Shown piece after piece: positions 1-10,043 of a stretch of DNA of 32,000 nucleotides. A model generated the notes under the pieces. That model was not told where the DNA came from. It was given only the letters and a program-made list of their open reading frames with translations, and did no database searches. Numbering within the stretch: the first letter of the stretch is position 1; every line of letters begins with the position of its first letter. Source of the DNA: Vibrio vulnificus CMCP6 (GTDB taxonomy: Bacteria; Pseudomonadota; Gammaproteobacteria; Enterobacterales; Vibrionaceae); NCBI RefSeq assembly GCF_000039765.1, contig NC_004460.2:240001-272000 (forward strand), read 5' to 3'. Position numbers and translations under genes: made by a program.

Positions 1-2
1 CG

Positions 3-611
3 GATGACGATAAGCCTTTGCTGGGGATCTCTGTTGATGTACCAATGGTTTTGCTGCAGCAAATGGTTCAGAAGCTAGAAAAGCACGGCTACCAAAATAT
101 TTGCAGTGGCAAAGAAGAAAGCTGCGGCTTGAAGTCGGTGAAAATGGAAGCGAGCATGCTTAACGCTTGCAAGCGCTTAATGCGGGGATTGTGTGATCCT
201 CTTGAAACTGAAGTGCTAGGCCAATCATTACTAGAAGAGGTGGTTTATCGTGCGTTACTGAGCCCTAAAGGCTATGTGCTGTTTGAGCTGGCACATGCTG
301 AGGGCAACTATTCGAGAATCGCACAAGTGCTGGATAAGGTTCACCAAGACTACTCGGAGCCATTGACGGTGCAAGATCTTGCCTCTAAAGCGAACATGAG
401 TATTTCCGCCTTTCATACCGCTTTTCGTAGCGTGACGCTGGAGTCTCCGATTCAATACATCAAGAAAGTAAGGCTGAATAAAGCTCGGGATCTCATCAAG
501 TTAGAGGGAAAGCGTGTTAATGATGCCGCACGTCTAGTGGGTTACAACAGCACCTCACAATTTAGCCGTGAATACAAACGCCATTTCAATGAAACGCCGA
601 AAAGTGCATAA
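3..611 (+). CDS. AraC/XylS-family transcriptional regulator, 5'-truncated by the window edge
   Basis: The frame is open from the window edge to TAA at 609-611. The C-terminal ~100 aa carry the double helix-turn-helix AraC signature (LTVQDLASKANMSISAFHTAFRSV and DAARLVGYNSTSQFSREYKRHFNETP). Confidence 0.8.
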   Translation, partial: DDDKPLLGISVDVPMVLLQQMVQKLEKHGYQNICSGKEESCGLKSVKMEASMLNACKRLMRGLCDPLETEVLGQSLLEEVVYRALLSPKGYVLFELAHAEGNYSRIAQVLDKVHQDYSEPLTVQDLASKANMSISAFHTAFRSVTLESPIQYIKKVRLNKARDLIKLEGKRVNDAARLVGYNSTSQFSREYKRHFNETPKSA

Positions 612-979
612 AAGTGTGTCAATCCAATGAATGAGATTGTAAGTGGCATTCTTATATATAAAACAATTTGCACAAATATTATGCCAATATTGAAGCGATA
701 TTTAGTGACATATTTTAAAAATTAAGTATTTATCGGTAGTGAACGCGATTTATTATGTTCTATAAAATTAATCAGAAATTAGTTATCGGTACAAAATAAG
801 AGTGTAGCCGTTGCACTATTACACTAGTTTCTTGCGAGTCAATGTTCAATTATTGCAATTGATAGGTGTGAAATCTTCAAACTGTACTTAAGTTATTTTA
901 CAGCGAAATATAAGTCATCAAGGGATTGCTTTTGATGATGATTTAAACGTTGAAACAACAACTTAAGGGAAGAGCCTGT

Positions 980-3900
980 ATGCGTTTTAAAAACGGAAAG
1001 GCAGCAAAGAATGTGTTTACACTCAGTACTTTGACTGCTTCATGTCTGATGGCATTCAATAGCTACGCGGCTGTTGATTGTTCACCTCTACAAGAATGGA
1101 ACTCTTCCGCCATTTATAACGGCGGAGACAAGGTTCAGTATCAGGGTAGCGCTTATGAAGCCCGTTACTGGACACAAAACAATAACCCAGCAGAATTCTC
1201 GGGAGATTGGGCACAATGGAAAGCACTCGGTGCTTGTGACAATGGCCCAGTTGACCCAGTTAACCAAGTTCCCACCACCGCTTTGACCTCACCTGTTGCA
1301 ACGGATGTTGTGAAAGAAGGTGAGGTCGTTGTTCTTGCGGCAACGGCAGCGGATCAAGATGGCACCGTCGCCAAAGTTGAGTTTTTGGTTGATGGCGTTG
1401 TGGTTGGTCAAGATACATCGGCACCATTCTCCGCGTCATGGACTGCAACCGCAGGCGCTCATACTTTCAGCTCTGTCGCTTATGACGATAAAGGCGCGGT
1501 AAGCCAACCAAGCAACGTGACGTTGACCGTGGAATCCACTCAGCCTGGCAATACGGCGCCAACGGTCGATCTTGCACTTTCTGCAACCACGGTTGAGCAG
1601 GGTGCAGTGGTCACGTTGACCTCAAATGCAGCAGACAGCGATGGTACTGTTGAAAAAGTAGACTTTTTTGTTGGTGGCGTACTTGTCGGTACGGCAGCAA
1701 CCGCTCCTTATACGCTTGACTATACCACCACTCAAGCTGGCTCTTTGTCGGTCTTTGCTCGTGCGACGGATAACCTTGGTGCAACCACGGATTCCTCTGC
1801 ACAGACGCTGAAAGTCAACGGTGTGGCACCAGTGGCATCGTGTCGCCCTGACGGCCTGTACCAAACAGAAGGCGTTAATGTGCCTTACTGTACGATTTAC
1901 GATGAAGAAGGTCGTGAGAAGATGGGGGCAGACCACCCACGTCGTGTGATCGGTTACTTTACCAGCTGGCGTAGCGGTGATGACCCACAAGCGGCTTATC
2001 TGGTTAAAGATATTCCGTGGGAGCAATTAACGCACATTAACTACGCGTTTGTCAGCATTGGCTCTGACGGCAAAGTCAACGTTGGTGACGTGAACGATCC
2101 GACTAACGCTGCAACAGGAAAAGAGTGGCCGGGCGTTGAAATCGATCCGACTCTGGGCTTCAAAGGTCACTTTGGTGCGCTAGCCACTTACAAAGAAAAA
2201 TATGGCGTTAAGACGCTGATTTCTATCGGTGGTTGGGCGGAAACGGGCGGTCACTTTGGTGCGGATGGCAAACGTGTCGCAGACGGTGGTTTCTACACTA
2301 TGACAACCAATGCGGATGGTTCCATCAACCATGCGGGCATTGAGAAATTTGCCACCTCAGCGGTCGAAATGATCCGTAAGTACAAGTTCGACGGTGTGGA
2401 TATCGATTATGAGTACCCAACTTCAATGGCGGGTGCGGGTAACCCAGATGATAAAGCCTTCATGGAACCACGTCGTGCTTATCTATGGGCTTCATACCAA
2501 GAGTTAATGCGCGTATTGCGTGAAAAGCTTGACCAAGCGTCTGCACAAGATGGCGTTCACTACATGCTTACCATCGCTGCACCATCTTCGGGCTACCTAC
2601 TGCGTGGTATGGAAACGTTTGATGTGACTAAGTACCTCGATTACGTCAACATCATGTCTTACGACCTACACGGTGCATGGAACGATCATGTTGGCCACAA
2701 CGCGGCGCTGTACGATACAGGTGAAGACTCAGAATTAGCGCAGTGGAATGTTTACGGCACGGCACAATATGGTGGCATCGGTTACCTCAATACAGACTGG
2801 GCATACCACTACTTCCGTGGCTCAATGCCAGCAGGCCGTATTAACATCGGTGTGCCTTACTATACTCGTGGTTGGCAAGGTGTGACGGGTGGTACCAATG
2901 GCCTATGGGGCCGAGCGGCGCTACCAAACCAGGCTGAGTGTGCTCCGGGTACAGGTGAAGGTGAGAAGAATAACTGTGGCCATGGTGCGATGGGTATCGA
3001 CAACATGTGGCACGACACCGATCCAAAAGGTAACGAAATGGGCGCGGGTTCAAACCCAATGTGGCATGCGAAGAACCTAGAAAAAGGCATCTTTGGTTCC
3101 TATGCGTCAGCGTACAAACTTGATCCAGTCAACGATCCGCAAGATAAACTGGTTGGTAGCTATGTTCGTAACTACGACAGTGTAGCTGTCGCGCCTTGGT
3201 TGTGGAACGCGGAAAAAGCGGTATTCCTATCAACGGAAGACAAAGCGTCTGTCAGCGTGAAAGCCGACTACGTCATCGATAAAGAGATCGGCGGTATCAT
3301 GTTCTGGGAACTGGCGGGTGACTATAACTGTTACGTGCTTGATGCCAATGGCAACCGCACGACCATCGATGAAACCGAGCAGGCATGTGCCACGGGCAAC
3401 GGTGAATTCCACATGGGTAACTCGATGACCAAAGCTATCTACGATAAGTTTAAGTCAGCAACCCCATACGGCAACACGGTCGCAACGGGCGCAATTCCTT
3501 CAGAGACACTGGACATCGCTGTTTCTGTCGGTGGATTCAAAGTGGGTGATCAAAACTACCCAATCAACCCGAAAGTGACCTTTACCAACAATACCGGTAC
3601 AGCAATTCCGGGCGGCACTGAGTTCCAGTTCGACATTCCAGTGTCGGCGCCAGATAACGCGAAAGATCAATCTGGTGGTGGCCTGAAAGTGATTGCTTCT
3701 GGTCACACACGTGCGAACAACATCGGTGGTCTGGATGGCGTAATGCATCGTGTGGCGTTCTCGCTTCCTGCGTGGAAAGAGCTACCAGCAGGCGGGACTT
3801 ACGAGTTGGATATGGTTTACTACCTACCAATTTCTGGTCCGGCAAACTACAGCGTGAACATCAACGGTGTGGACTACGCGTTCAAGTTTGAACAACCTGA

Positions 3901-4162
3901 TCTGCCAGTTGCTGATTTGTCTGCAGGCAACGGTGGCAATACGGGTGGTGGTGATACTGGCGGCGGTAACACCGGAGGTGGTGACACTGGTGGCAATACA
4001 GGTAGCGGTACGGTTATCCAATGGGAACCAGGTGTAACGCAAGTGAATAATGGCGAAACAGTGACCTTTAACGGTAAGTGTTTTGTTGCGAAAAACAGCC
4101 CAGGGGTTTGGGAGTCTCCAACACAAACCAACTGGTTTTGGGATGAAGTAACCTGTCCATAA
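980..4162 (+). CDS. Secreted multi-domain GH18 chitinase/chitodextrinase
   Basis: Lies in track ORF 950-4162. The likely start is ATG 980, preceded by AAGGGAAGAG. There is a signal peptide (..[10 protein letters not shown]). Aromatic-rich chitin-binding-type modules sit at both ends ([27 protein letters not shown]; [33 protein letters not shown]). Two tandem Ig-like repeats span about nt 1271-1815. The GH18 catalytic motif [10 protein letters not shown] is at nt 2390-2419. Confidence 0.9.
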   Translation: MRFKNGKAAKNVFTLSTLTASCLMAFNSYAAVDCSPLQEWNSSAIYNGGDKVQYQGSAYEARYWTQNNNPAEFSGDWAQWKALGACDNGPVDPVNQVPTTALTSPVATDVVKEGEVVVLAATAADQDGTVAKVEFLVDGVVVGQDTSAPFSASWTATAGAHTFSSVAYDDKGAVSQPSNVTLTVESTQPGNTAPTVDLALSATTVEQGAVVTLTSNAADSDGTVEKVDFFVGGVLVGTAATAPYTLDYTTTQAGSLSVFARATDNLGATTDSSAQTLKVNGVAPVASCRPDGLYQTEGVNVPYCTIYDEEGREKMGADHPRRVIGYFTSWRSGDDPQAAYLVKDIPWEQLTHINYAFVSIGSDGKVNVGDVNDPTNAATGKEWPGVEIDPTLGFKGHFGALATYKEKYGVKTLISIGGWAETGGHFGADGKRVADGGFYTMTTNADGSINHAGIEKFATSAVEMIRKYKFDGVDIDYEYPTSMAGAGNPDDKAFMEPRRAYLWASYQELMRVLREKLDQASAQDGVHYMLTIAAPSSGYLLRGMETFDVTKYLDYVNIMSYDLHGAWNDHVGHNAALYDTGEDSELAQWNVYGTAQYGGIGYLNTDWAYHYFRGSMPAGRINIGVPYYTRGWQGVTGGTNGLWGRAALPNQAECAPGTGEGEKNNCGHGAMGIDNMWHDTDPKGNEMGAGSNPMWHAKNLEKGIFGSYASAYKLDPVNDPQDKLVGSYVRNYDSVAVAPWLWNAEKAVFLSTEDKASVSVKADYVIDKEIGGIMFWELAGDYNCYVLDANGNRTTIDETEQACATGNGEFHMGNSMTKAIYDKFKSATPYGNTVATGAIPSETLDIAVSVGGFKVGDQNYPINPKVTFTNNTGTAIPGGTEFQFDIPVSAPDNAKDQSGGGLKVIASGHTRANNIGGLDGVMHRVAFSLPAWKELPAGGTYELDMVYYLPISGPANYSVNINGVDYAFKFEQPDLPVADLSAGNGGNTGGGDTGGGNTGGGDTGGNTGSGTVIQWEPGVTQVNNGETVTFNGKCFVAKNSPGVWESPTQTNWFWDEVTCP
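3926..4009 (+). repeat. In-frame imperfect 15-nt tandem repeat encoding a Gly-rich linker (GGG-D/N-T)n
   Basis: The peptide [28 protein letters not shown] lies between the catalytic region and the C-terminal binding module. Units such as ggtggtggtgatact, ggcggcggtaacacc and ggaggtggtgacact repeat. Confidence 0.8.
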
Positions 4163-4180
4163 TTCATTGCACTACAAACA

Positions 4181-4212
4181 AACACCCCAGATTGATTCTG
4201 GGGTGTTTTTTA
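4181..4212. terminator. Rho-independent terminator between the convergent chitodextrinase and glgC genes
   Basis: An 11-bp stem AACACCCCAGA/TCTGGGGTGTT with a 5-nt loop is followed by a T-run on the + strand and by TGTTTGTTTG on the - strand. Confidence 0.8.
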
Positions 4213-4236
4213 TTGTTAAACAGAAGCTTAGTGAAT

Positions 4237-5451
4237 TTAGAACTGATAGCTTTCAGGTACAACAACAATGCCATTCTCTGAAATTTTGAAACGTTGTGCG
4301 TCTTCTAAGCGGTTCAAGCCAATTTGAGTGTAGGGCGGGACTTTGACATGTTTGTCGATGATGCAGTTGACCAACTGGCATCCTTCACCAATTTCAACAT
4401 CGTCAAAAATGATGCTGTCGACCACCGTTGCACTGTCGTTTATGCGTACATTGGAAGAAACGATGGAGTGCTGCACTGATCCTCCCGAGTTGATGACACC
4501 ATTGGCAATGATCGAGTTAATGAAAATTCCTTCATTACCGCTGCCTGAAGAAACGGTTCTTGCTGGTGGATATTGGGGTTCATAGGTACGGATCCCCCAG
4601 TCTTTTTGGTAGAGGTTCATCGGAGGAATCGGCTCTAAAAGGTCCATGTTTGCCTGATAAAAGGAATCAATGGTGCCCACGTCGCGCCAATAGCAATCTT
4701 TATCTACCCGCCCTTTACTACCACAGAACTTGTAGGCAAACACAGACCCAGTATCGATGAGTTTAGGAATGATATCTTTACCAAAATCATGGGATGACGC
4801 GTCATCGTCGGCGTCTTCTATCAGTGCTTGCTGCAACACCTCCATACTGAATATGTAAATCCCCATCGAGACCAAGCTTCGCTCGGGATCATTGGGTAAA
4901 TGGGGCGGATTCTGCGGTTTCTCGACAAACGAATGAACGCGATGGCGCTCATCAATACCCATGACACCAAAGGCTTTGGCTTCTTTACAATTTACATCCA
5001 TGCAAGCGACCGTCAGCGCCGCATTATTGGCGATGTGTTCCTCCAGCATCGGTGCGTAGTCCATTCGGTAGATGTGGTCACCGGATAACACCATGACGTA
5101 CTTGGCTTCACTGCGTTCGAGCAACCACAAGTTGTGATAGATGGCATCGGCTGTGCCTTCGTACCATTTGCCACCTTTGCGCATTTGTGGTGGTACGGAG
5201 GTGATGTATTCGCCCAGTTCAGGATTGAAAATGGACCAACCATCACGAAGGTGTTTTTGCAACGAATGCGATTTGTACTGGGTGAGGACGAGAATTTTAC
5301 GCAGGCCGGAGTGCAAGCAGTTGGTAAGCGTGAAATCGATAATGCGGTATTTTCCACCAAATGGTACCGCGGGTTTTGCTCTGTCATCCGTTAATGGACT
5401 GAGTCGTGATCCCATGCCTCCGGCCAGTATCACTGTCAAAATGTCCTGCAT
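4237..5451 (-). CDS. glgC: Glucose-1-phosphate adenylyltransferase (ADP-glucose pyrophosphorylase)
   Basis: 404 aa. The N-terminal motif ILAGGMGSRLSPLTDDRAKPAVPFGGKYRIIDF and a C-terminal beta-helix-like region fit the family. An SD (GGGAGA) lies about 7 nt upstream. No glgA, glgB or glgP is adjacent. Confidence 0.9.
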   Translation of the reverse strand: MQDILTVILAGGMGSRLSPLTDDRAKPAVPFGGKYRIIDFTLTNCLHSGLRKILVLTQYKSHSLQKHLRDGWSIFNPELGEYITSVPPQMRKGGKWYEGTADAIYHNLWLLERSEAKYVMVLSGDHIYRMDYAPMLEEHIANNAALTVACMDVNCKEAKAFGVMGIDERHRVHSFVEKPQNPPHLPNDPERSLVSMGIYIFSMEVLQQALIEDADDDASSHDFGKDIIPKLIDTGSVFAYKFCGSKGRVDKDCYWRDVGTIDSFYQANMDLLEPIPPMNLYQKDWGIRTYEPQYPPARTVSSGSGNEGIFINSIIANGVINSGGSVQHSIVSSNVRINDSATVVDSIIFDDVEIGEGCQLVNCIIDKHVKVPPYTQIGLNRLEDAQRFKISENGIVVVPESYQF

Positions 5452-5804
5452 GCGTATTCTCCCTGAATGTGTGCAATATCATAGAGATTAGTACAAGAAT
5501 TGAGCCAAAACCTTTTTATTGAGAAATCATGACGTTTTCATTAAATAATCCATTGTTGTGCACAAAAAGTAAGCAGTGAGCTTGGGGCATGCACCGTGTT
5601 AGTGCGTCGCAATGATAAAAAAGGTCGGCGTCTAAGATCTTGGCGCTTAGCGGTTTTACACTGTAAATAGCAGAAAATCACAAGTACTAAACGAGTGGCT
5701 TGCACGGGCTGTGCTAGACAAGGCTTTGGGTGGGATTTCTCAGTGTTATCGGAGTAATAAACTGAAAAATAAAAGAATTTCTGCAATCTAGTATGCGTTA
5801 GATT

Positions 5805-5833
5805 CGAACAAAAAGCGCCTTGTTGCAAGGCGC
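5805..5833 (-). terminator. Rho-independent terminator downstream of fhs
   Basis: On the - strand, GCGCCTTG-caa-CAAGGCGC is followed by TTTTTGTT. Confidence 0.75.
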
Positions 5834-5894
5834 TTAAGGGGTCTCAATAGGATCCTCAACAATGAGATAAATAATGTGATATTGAAATCGTGGC

Positions 5895-7643
5895 TTAGCT
5901 TAGGCCAACAATATCGCCATTTTCATCGATATCCAGTGCCATAAAAGCGGGGATGTCTGGCAGACCTGGCATAGTCATCACATTACCAGTGAGCGCGTAA
6001 ACGAAACCCGCGCCAGCACAGAGCCTAACTTCACGGACCATGATGGTAAATCCACTTGGTGCACCTTTGAGAGAGGAATCGGACGAGATAGAAAGGGGGG
6101 TTTTTGCCATACACACGGCCAACTCGCCAAATCCTAATGTTTGATAAAGAGCTAACTGCTGTTTTGCGGTATCGCTAAATTGCACCTCACCACAACCGTA
6201 ACCTTTAGTACAAACGGTGATGATTTTCTCCTCGAGCGTTTGCTCTGCTCGATACAGTGGGCGAAAGTTTGCTGGCGCATCACATGCTTCAATCACTTCA
6301 CGAGCTACCGCCTCCATGCCTTTACCACCTTTGGCAAAGCCCTCGCTGATCGCGACACGAACATTGAGTGGCAGTTGCTGGATCCAAAGCTTGAGTTGCC
6401 CAAGCTCCTCTGCGCTGTCTTGTGGAAACTGATTGATAGCAACGACCACTGGTAAACCGTATTTTTGCGCGTTATCAATATGCCATTTTAGGTTACTAAA
6501 GCCGGATTCCAGCGCAGCGCGATCCGGTTGAAATAAGGCGTCTGGTAATGGCATACCAGGTTTTAGGTCATACAGCCCTGAGTTTGCTTTCAAACCGCGC
6601 AAAGTCGCAACAATCACCACGCAATCGGGGGCTTTGTGCGAAGTTGAAGATTTGATGTTGCATGCTTTTTCAAGCCCCATATCTGAGCCAAAACCGGCCT
6701 CGGTGACAACGTAACTCGACAGTTTTAAGGCAATCTCATCAGCGATGATGGATGAGTTCCCGTGTGCAATGTTAGCAAATGGACCCGCATGAATAAGGGT
6801 AGGCACACCTTCAAGCGTTTGCATCAGCGTCGGTTTGATCGCTTCTTTCAGCGTTACTGTCATCGCACCTGCCACTTGTAACTGTTCTGCACTGACAGGT
6901 TCGCTATCCAGATTGTAAGCGAGAACCACTTTACCAATACGTTCACGCATATCTTGAAGGTTTTTCGACAACGCCAAAATTGCCATCAGTTCAGATGCGG
7001 CTGAAATATCAAAGCCTTCTTCACGTTCAAATCCGTTGATGGTCTTGCCTTCGTCATTGATTCCAACGCGAACTTTACGCAGTGCGCGATCGTTGTGGTC
7101 CATTACGCGTTTCCAAACCACGCGATCTGGGTCAATTCTTAATGCAGGAAGCCCGGTGCGAGCTTCAAAGGCTTGATAACCAGCGCGCTGTTCGTGATAG
7201 ATGCGGGCATCAATGGCAGCTGCGGCGAGATTGTGCGCCGCAGTAACGGCGTGAATGTCGCCAGTAAGATGCAAATTAAGTTCATCCATCGGGGCGACCT
7301 GTGAATAGCCACCACCCGCAGCGCCCCCTTTTACACCAAAAACAGGCCCCATAGAAGGTTGACGGATACACGCCATCACCGATTGATTGAGGCTTTGTAA
7401 CCCTTGCGCTAGACCGATAGTGGTGACGGTTTTGCCTTCTCCAAGTGGGGTTGGTGTGATTGCCGTGACCAAAACAAGTTTGCCATCTTGTTGCTCAGCA
7501 AGGCGTTTTACACATCGGGCAGACACTTTCGCTTTATATAAACCGTGAGTTTCAAACTCATCTGCCAGCAGTCCTGCTTTTGCGGCAATCTGTTCAATTG
7601 GTTTAAGAGGTGTCGTACGACAAATATCGATATCTGAAAGCAT
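5895..7643 (-). CDS. fhs: Formate--tetrahydrofolate ligase
   Basis: 582 aa with the FTHFS signature [17 protein letters not shown] and family-typical length. An SD (TAAGGG) lies upstream of the ATG. Confidence 0.9.
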   Translation of the reverse strand: MLSDIDICRTTPLKPIEQIAAKAGLLADEFETHGLYKAKVSARCVKRLAEQQDGKLVLVTAITPTPLGEGKTVTTIGLAQGLQSLNQSVMACIRQPSMGPVFGVKGGAAGGGYSQVAPMDELNLHLTGDIHAVTAAHNLAAAAIDARIYHEQRAGYQAFEARTGLPALRIDPDRVVWKRVMDHNDRALRKVRVGINDEGKTINGFEREEGFDISAASELMAILALSKNLQDMRERIGKVVLAYNLDSEPVSAEQLQVAGAMTVTLKEAIKPTLMQTLEGVPTLIHAGPFANIAHGNSSIIADEIALKLSSYVVTEAGFGSDMGLEKACNIKSSTSHKAPDCVVIVATLRGLKANSGLYDLKPGMPLPDALFQPDRAALESGFSNLKWHIDNAQKYGLPVVVAINQFPQDSAEELGQLKLWIQQLPLNVRVAISEGFAKGGKGMEAVAREVIEACDAPANFRPLYRAEQTLEEKIITVCTKGYGCGEVQFSDTAKQQLALYQTLGFGELAVCMAKTPLSISSDSSLKGAPSGFTIMVREVRLCAGAGFVYALTGNVMTMPGLPDIPAFMALDIDENGDIVGLS

Positions 7644-7665
7644 GCAAAACCCTTATCTAACAATC

Positions 7666-7681
7666 ACGCAAACGTTTGCGG
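7666..7681. promoter_or_regulatory. PurR operator (PUR box) in the fhs leader
   Basis: ACGCAAACGTTTGCGG matches 15 of 16 positions of the palindromic consensus ACGCAAACGTTTGCGT. It lies 23 nt upstream of the fhs start codon. Confidence 0.75.
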
Positions 7682-7770
7682 TGGCATGATACTTAAATGC
7701 ATAATTGAGTAAAGTATTATATAAGCTTAGTTGTGCTACAGCTTAGTTTAATTTGAGAAAAATTGGCTTA

Positions 7771-7804
7771 GATCAAAAAGAAAAGGCTGCATAATAGCAG
7801 CCTT
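7771..7804 (-). terminator. Rho-independent terminator downstream of gsk
   Basis: On the - strand, AAGGCTGC-tattat-GCAGCCTT is followed by TTCTTTTTG. Confidence 0.75.
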
Positions 7805-7824
7805 AAGAGCATTAAGTACGGAAT

Positions 7825-9129
7825 CTATCGATCCCAATAAGCTTCTTCTAAACTGTCTTCACGTTCTGGTAAAGCACGTGATAGGCGAGGTGAATGCTGG
7901 GTCAGTACTTCATAACTGACTCGGTTTGCGTACTTACAAATTTGTGACAATGACGAATAGGTCAGGCACATATGCTGGTGTTTCTCTGAGTTCGGGACAT
8001 TCTTCAGATGGAACGCGTTGGACGCCATATCGTGAAGAAGGGCAGAGAGTGCACCATCGCCAGCACCATTGGTATTTTTGATCTCGGCCGGGCCACCTAA
8101 GTAAGGGCCAATGTGGGAGTAGACACGAATTGGATCTTTGCACTCAGCACGACGCATTGCACGACTAAATTCGTACATGTTGAAGCCTTCAATCGCACCT
8201 TGGTAAAGGTCGTGCGTTGTTTCGCGTTTTGCATCGTTATCGGTGTAACCTGCCATGTAAAGGCCGTCTGGACCCGCAGTGCAAAGGACAAGATCAACCC
8301 AGTCGAGTGCTTTGTCGGCCGCTTTTAGTGGATCAGATTCACCGGTCAGGGCTTGGCCTTCTTCTTCATTCATCGCAACAACCGTGATGTTTTCACGGAT
8401 GTACTCTTGCCACCACTCAGGGTTGCCTTCGATCACGTATTTCGTTCCGAGAGTCAGTACGACGGGCACGGAATGCTTTTTCGCGTATTCAATGGCACGT
8501 TGTACCGCTTGCGGCATTGGATCTTCAGGCTTACCTCGCATTAGGTACGACGAAACCACTAGCGCAGCAGCTTTTTCAAACACTTCTTCTGGAATGCTCT
8601 CTGGAGCAAGCTTGTTCATGTGGCCTTCGTTGATCGCAAAGGTGCGCTCACCATCTTCTGAGATAAGGGTGTAGCAACGACCAATAGGGCCATCCACCGT
8701 TTGTAGGTGATTGAGGTTCATGCGAGAAGATGTACGACACAGATAGCGATAGGCGTACGAACCAACTTGAATATTTTTCGACATGACGCCCAGTAGAACA
8801 GACTTACTGTCTGCTAAGACTGAGTAGTTGTGAAGGGTGTTGCCAATGGTATCACCAGGGTATTGGTGAGTAATTAGGCCACGTTCGACTAACTCTTCGT
8901 AGAGAGCGTCAGCTTTGCTTTCTTCAAGAACTAGCGAGTGTCCTTTACTCAACTCATATTTCGCCAAAAATGCGTCATCTACACGCGCTTCGATATCTAC
9001 GATTGTCTGACCAACACCAACGATGGTTGGGCGGTAGAGCTTAGGTGCCACTTTAAGTTCAGTAACGAGTGGATCTCGAGTGTTTGTAGGGAAATAGTGT
9101 TTAGATTTTCGCTGACCAGGAAACTTCAT
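7825..9129 (-). CDS. gsk: Inosine-guanosine kinase
   Basis: 434 aa. By eye it is collinear with E. coli Gsk from MKFPG.RKSKHYFP at the N-terminus to PEREDSLEE.YWDR at the C-terminus, with the NGAGDGA ribokinase-family motif present. Confidence 0.92.
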   Translation of the reverse strand: MKFPGQRKSKHYFPTNTRDPLVTELKVAPKLYRPTIVGVGQTIVDIEARVDDAFLAKYELSKGHSLVLEESKADALYEELVERGLITHQYPGDTIGNTLHNYSVLADSKSVLLGVMSKNIQVGSYAYRYLCRTSSRMNLNHLQTVDGPIGRCYTLISEDGERTFAINEGHMNKLAPESIPEEVFEKAAALVVSSYLMRGKPEDPMPQAVQRAIEYAKKHSVPVVLTLGTKYVIEGNPEWWQEYIRENITVVAMNEEEGQALTGESDPLKAADKALDWVDLVLCTAGPDGLYMAGYTDNDAKRETTHDLYQGAIEGFNMYEFSRAMRRAECKDPIRVYSHIGPYLGGPAEIKNTNGAGDGALSALLHDMASNAFHLKNVPNSEKHQHMCLTYSSLSQICKYANRVSYEVLTQHSPRLSRALPEREDSLEEAYWDR

Positions 9130-9199
9130 ACTAGTGATAGATTGAGAAAAAAGAGGCGCATCATATCACAAATTTTTTGAAACAAGGCTCTTTTTGTTA

Positions 9200-9235
9200 C
9201 GCGAAAAATTGGCCGAACATTTTTTGTTCGGCCAA
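9200..9235 (-). terminator. Rho-independent terminator downstream of the creA-like gene
   Basis: A 10-bp stem TTGGCCGAAC/GTTCGGCCAA is followed on the - strand by TTTTTCGCG. Confidence 0.75.
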
Positions 9236-9253
9236 GTGGTTTTTGTGCAGATA

Positions 9254-9739
9254 TTATTGAGTTAGTGCTTCTGTTTTGCTCGGATCAACGTAGGCGTCAG
9301 TCCCCCAAAGCGGGACCGTTGATAAGCTATGTTTGAAGCTACCTTCGGTTTCTTTGGTTGTGTACGAAAGGTAGAGTAGGGTCTGGTTCTTTTGATCGTA
9401 AATACGACGAACCTTCATTGTTTTAAAAAAGATACTTTTTGACTGCTTGAACACCACTTCGCCCGACGAGCTTTTGTCAATCTTGGCGATCATTTCCGGT
9501 GTAATACTGCCGGTCTGGCGGCAAGAGATAGAGCTGTCACTAGGATCGGATAGGCTTAAGTTTGCCTCAATTGAAGCGATGTGACACGTTACGCCGGTGA
9601 CCACTTCATCTTGTAGCGAGGTGATTTTAATGTCCTTTAGGGTAAACCACCCCAAGCCTACGTCACCGACCTCGTTGCCACCACACCCTGAAAGAAGGGC
9701 TGTTGTCGCGAAAACAGCGGTAAGTAGTTTTAATTTCAT
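9254..9739 (-). CDS. creA: CreA-family protein, predicted lipoprotein
   Basis: 161 aa with the lipobox LLSGC. The core resembles E. coli CreA (..VTCH.., ISC.Q.G.I, GEVVFK, V.RIYD.., LYLSY). Confidence 0.75.
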   Translation of the reverse strand: MKLKLLTAVFATTALLSGCGGNEVGDVGLGWFTLKDIKITSLQDEVVTGVTCHIASIEANLSLSDPSDSSISCRQTGSITPEMIAKIDKSSSGEVVFKQSKSIFFKTMKVRRIYDQKNQTLLYLSYTTKETEGSFKHSLSTVPLWGTDAYVDPSKTEALTQ

Positions 9740-9832
9740 CGTCTTATCCTTTTTGACCTTGTCAACTGAATGAGCTTACCTTACCAGTTTTGACCCTCAA
9801 CTGTCTCTAACTAGTTCGGTCAAACTTGCATC

Positions 9833-9848
9833 ATGCAAACGTTTGAAT
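9833..9848. promoter_or_regulatory. PUR-box-like palindrome in the creA / small-lipoprotein divergent region
   Basis: ATGCAAACGTTTGAAT matches 13 of 16 positions of the PUR box with an intact core GCAAACGTTTG. It sits between a TTGCAT hexamer (9826-9831) and an A/T-rich -10-like stretch. Confidence 0.4.
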
Positions 9849-9930
9849 CATAAATTGATTAGAACCAATCTTAACCGCATGGTATGGTATGAGCCTTGCA
9901 AGAAAGTAGGAAAACGAAGAGGTTATCAGT

Positions 9931-10041
9931 ATGAAGAGAACATGTGTTGTGCTGTTGATTTCGTTAGGCTTACTTGCCGGGTGTTCAGCACCTCCGAAAT
10001 CTACCATCTGTACACCAAAAATTTGTGATATTTGGAATTAA
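9931..10041 (+). CDS. Unannotated 36-aa small lipoprotein (MKRTCVVLLISLGLLAGCSAPPKSTICTPKICDIWN)
   Basis: The ATG is preceded by GAAGAGG at about 8 nt. It has a textbook signal peptide plus the lipobox LLAGC. The stop lies 2 nt before the next gene's ATG. It is absent from the track because it is shorter than 60 aa. Confidence 0.6.
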   Translation: MKRTCVVLLISLGLLAGCSAPPKSTICTPKICDIWN

Positions 10042-10043
10042 TC

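Noticed and set aside
867-882. CRP-like half-site TGTGA-N6-CAAAC upstream of the chitodextrinase gene
   Set aside because: The second half-site is poor (CAAAC versus TCACA), so it is not supportable without a PWM score.
1074-4185. About a dozen 60-134-aa alternative-frame and antisense ORFs inside the chitodextrinase gene
   Set aside because: All are nested in a 1060-aa ORF with clear GH18 and binding-module motifs. Their composition (Pro/Arg/His-rich) is typical of off-frame translation.
5541-5828. 95-aa ORF in the fhs-glgC intergenic region
   Set aside because: Its 5' end overlaps the fhs terminator hairpin, it has no SD, and its composition is odd. I treat the region as non-coding.
9843-10028. 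61-aa track ORF (MNHKLIRTNL..)
   Set aside because: It has no SD. It overlaps, in another frame, the 36-aa ORF that has an SD plus a textbook lipoprotein signal, which is the better model.
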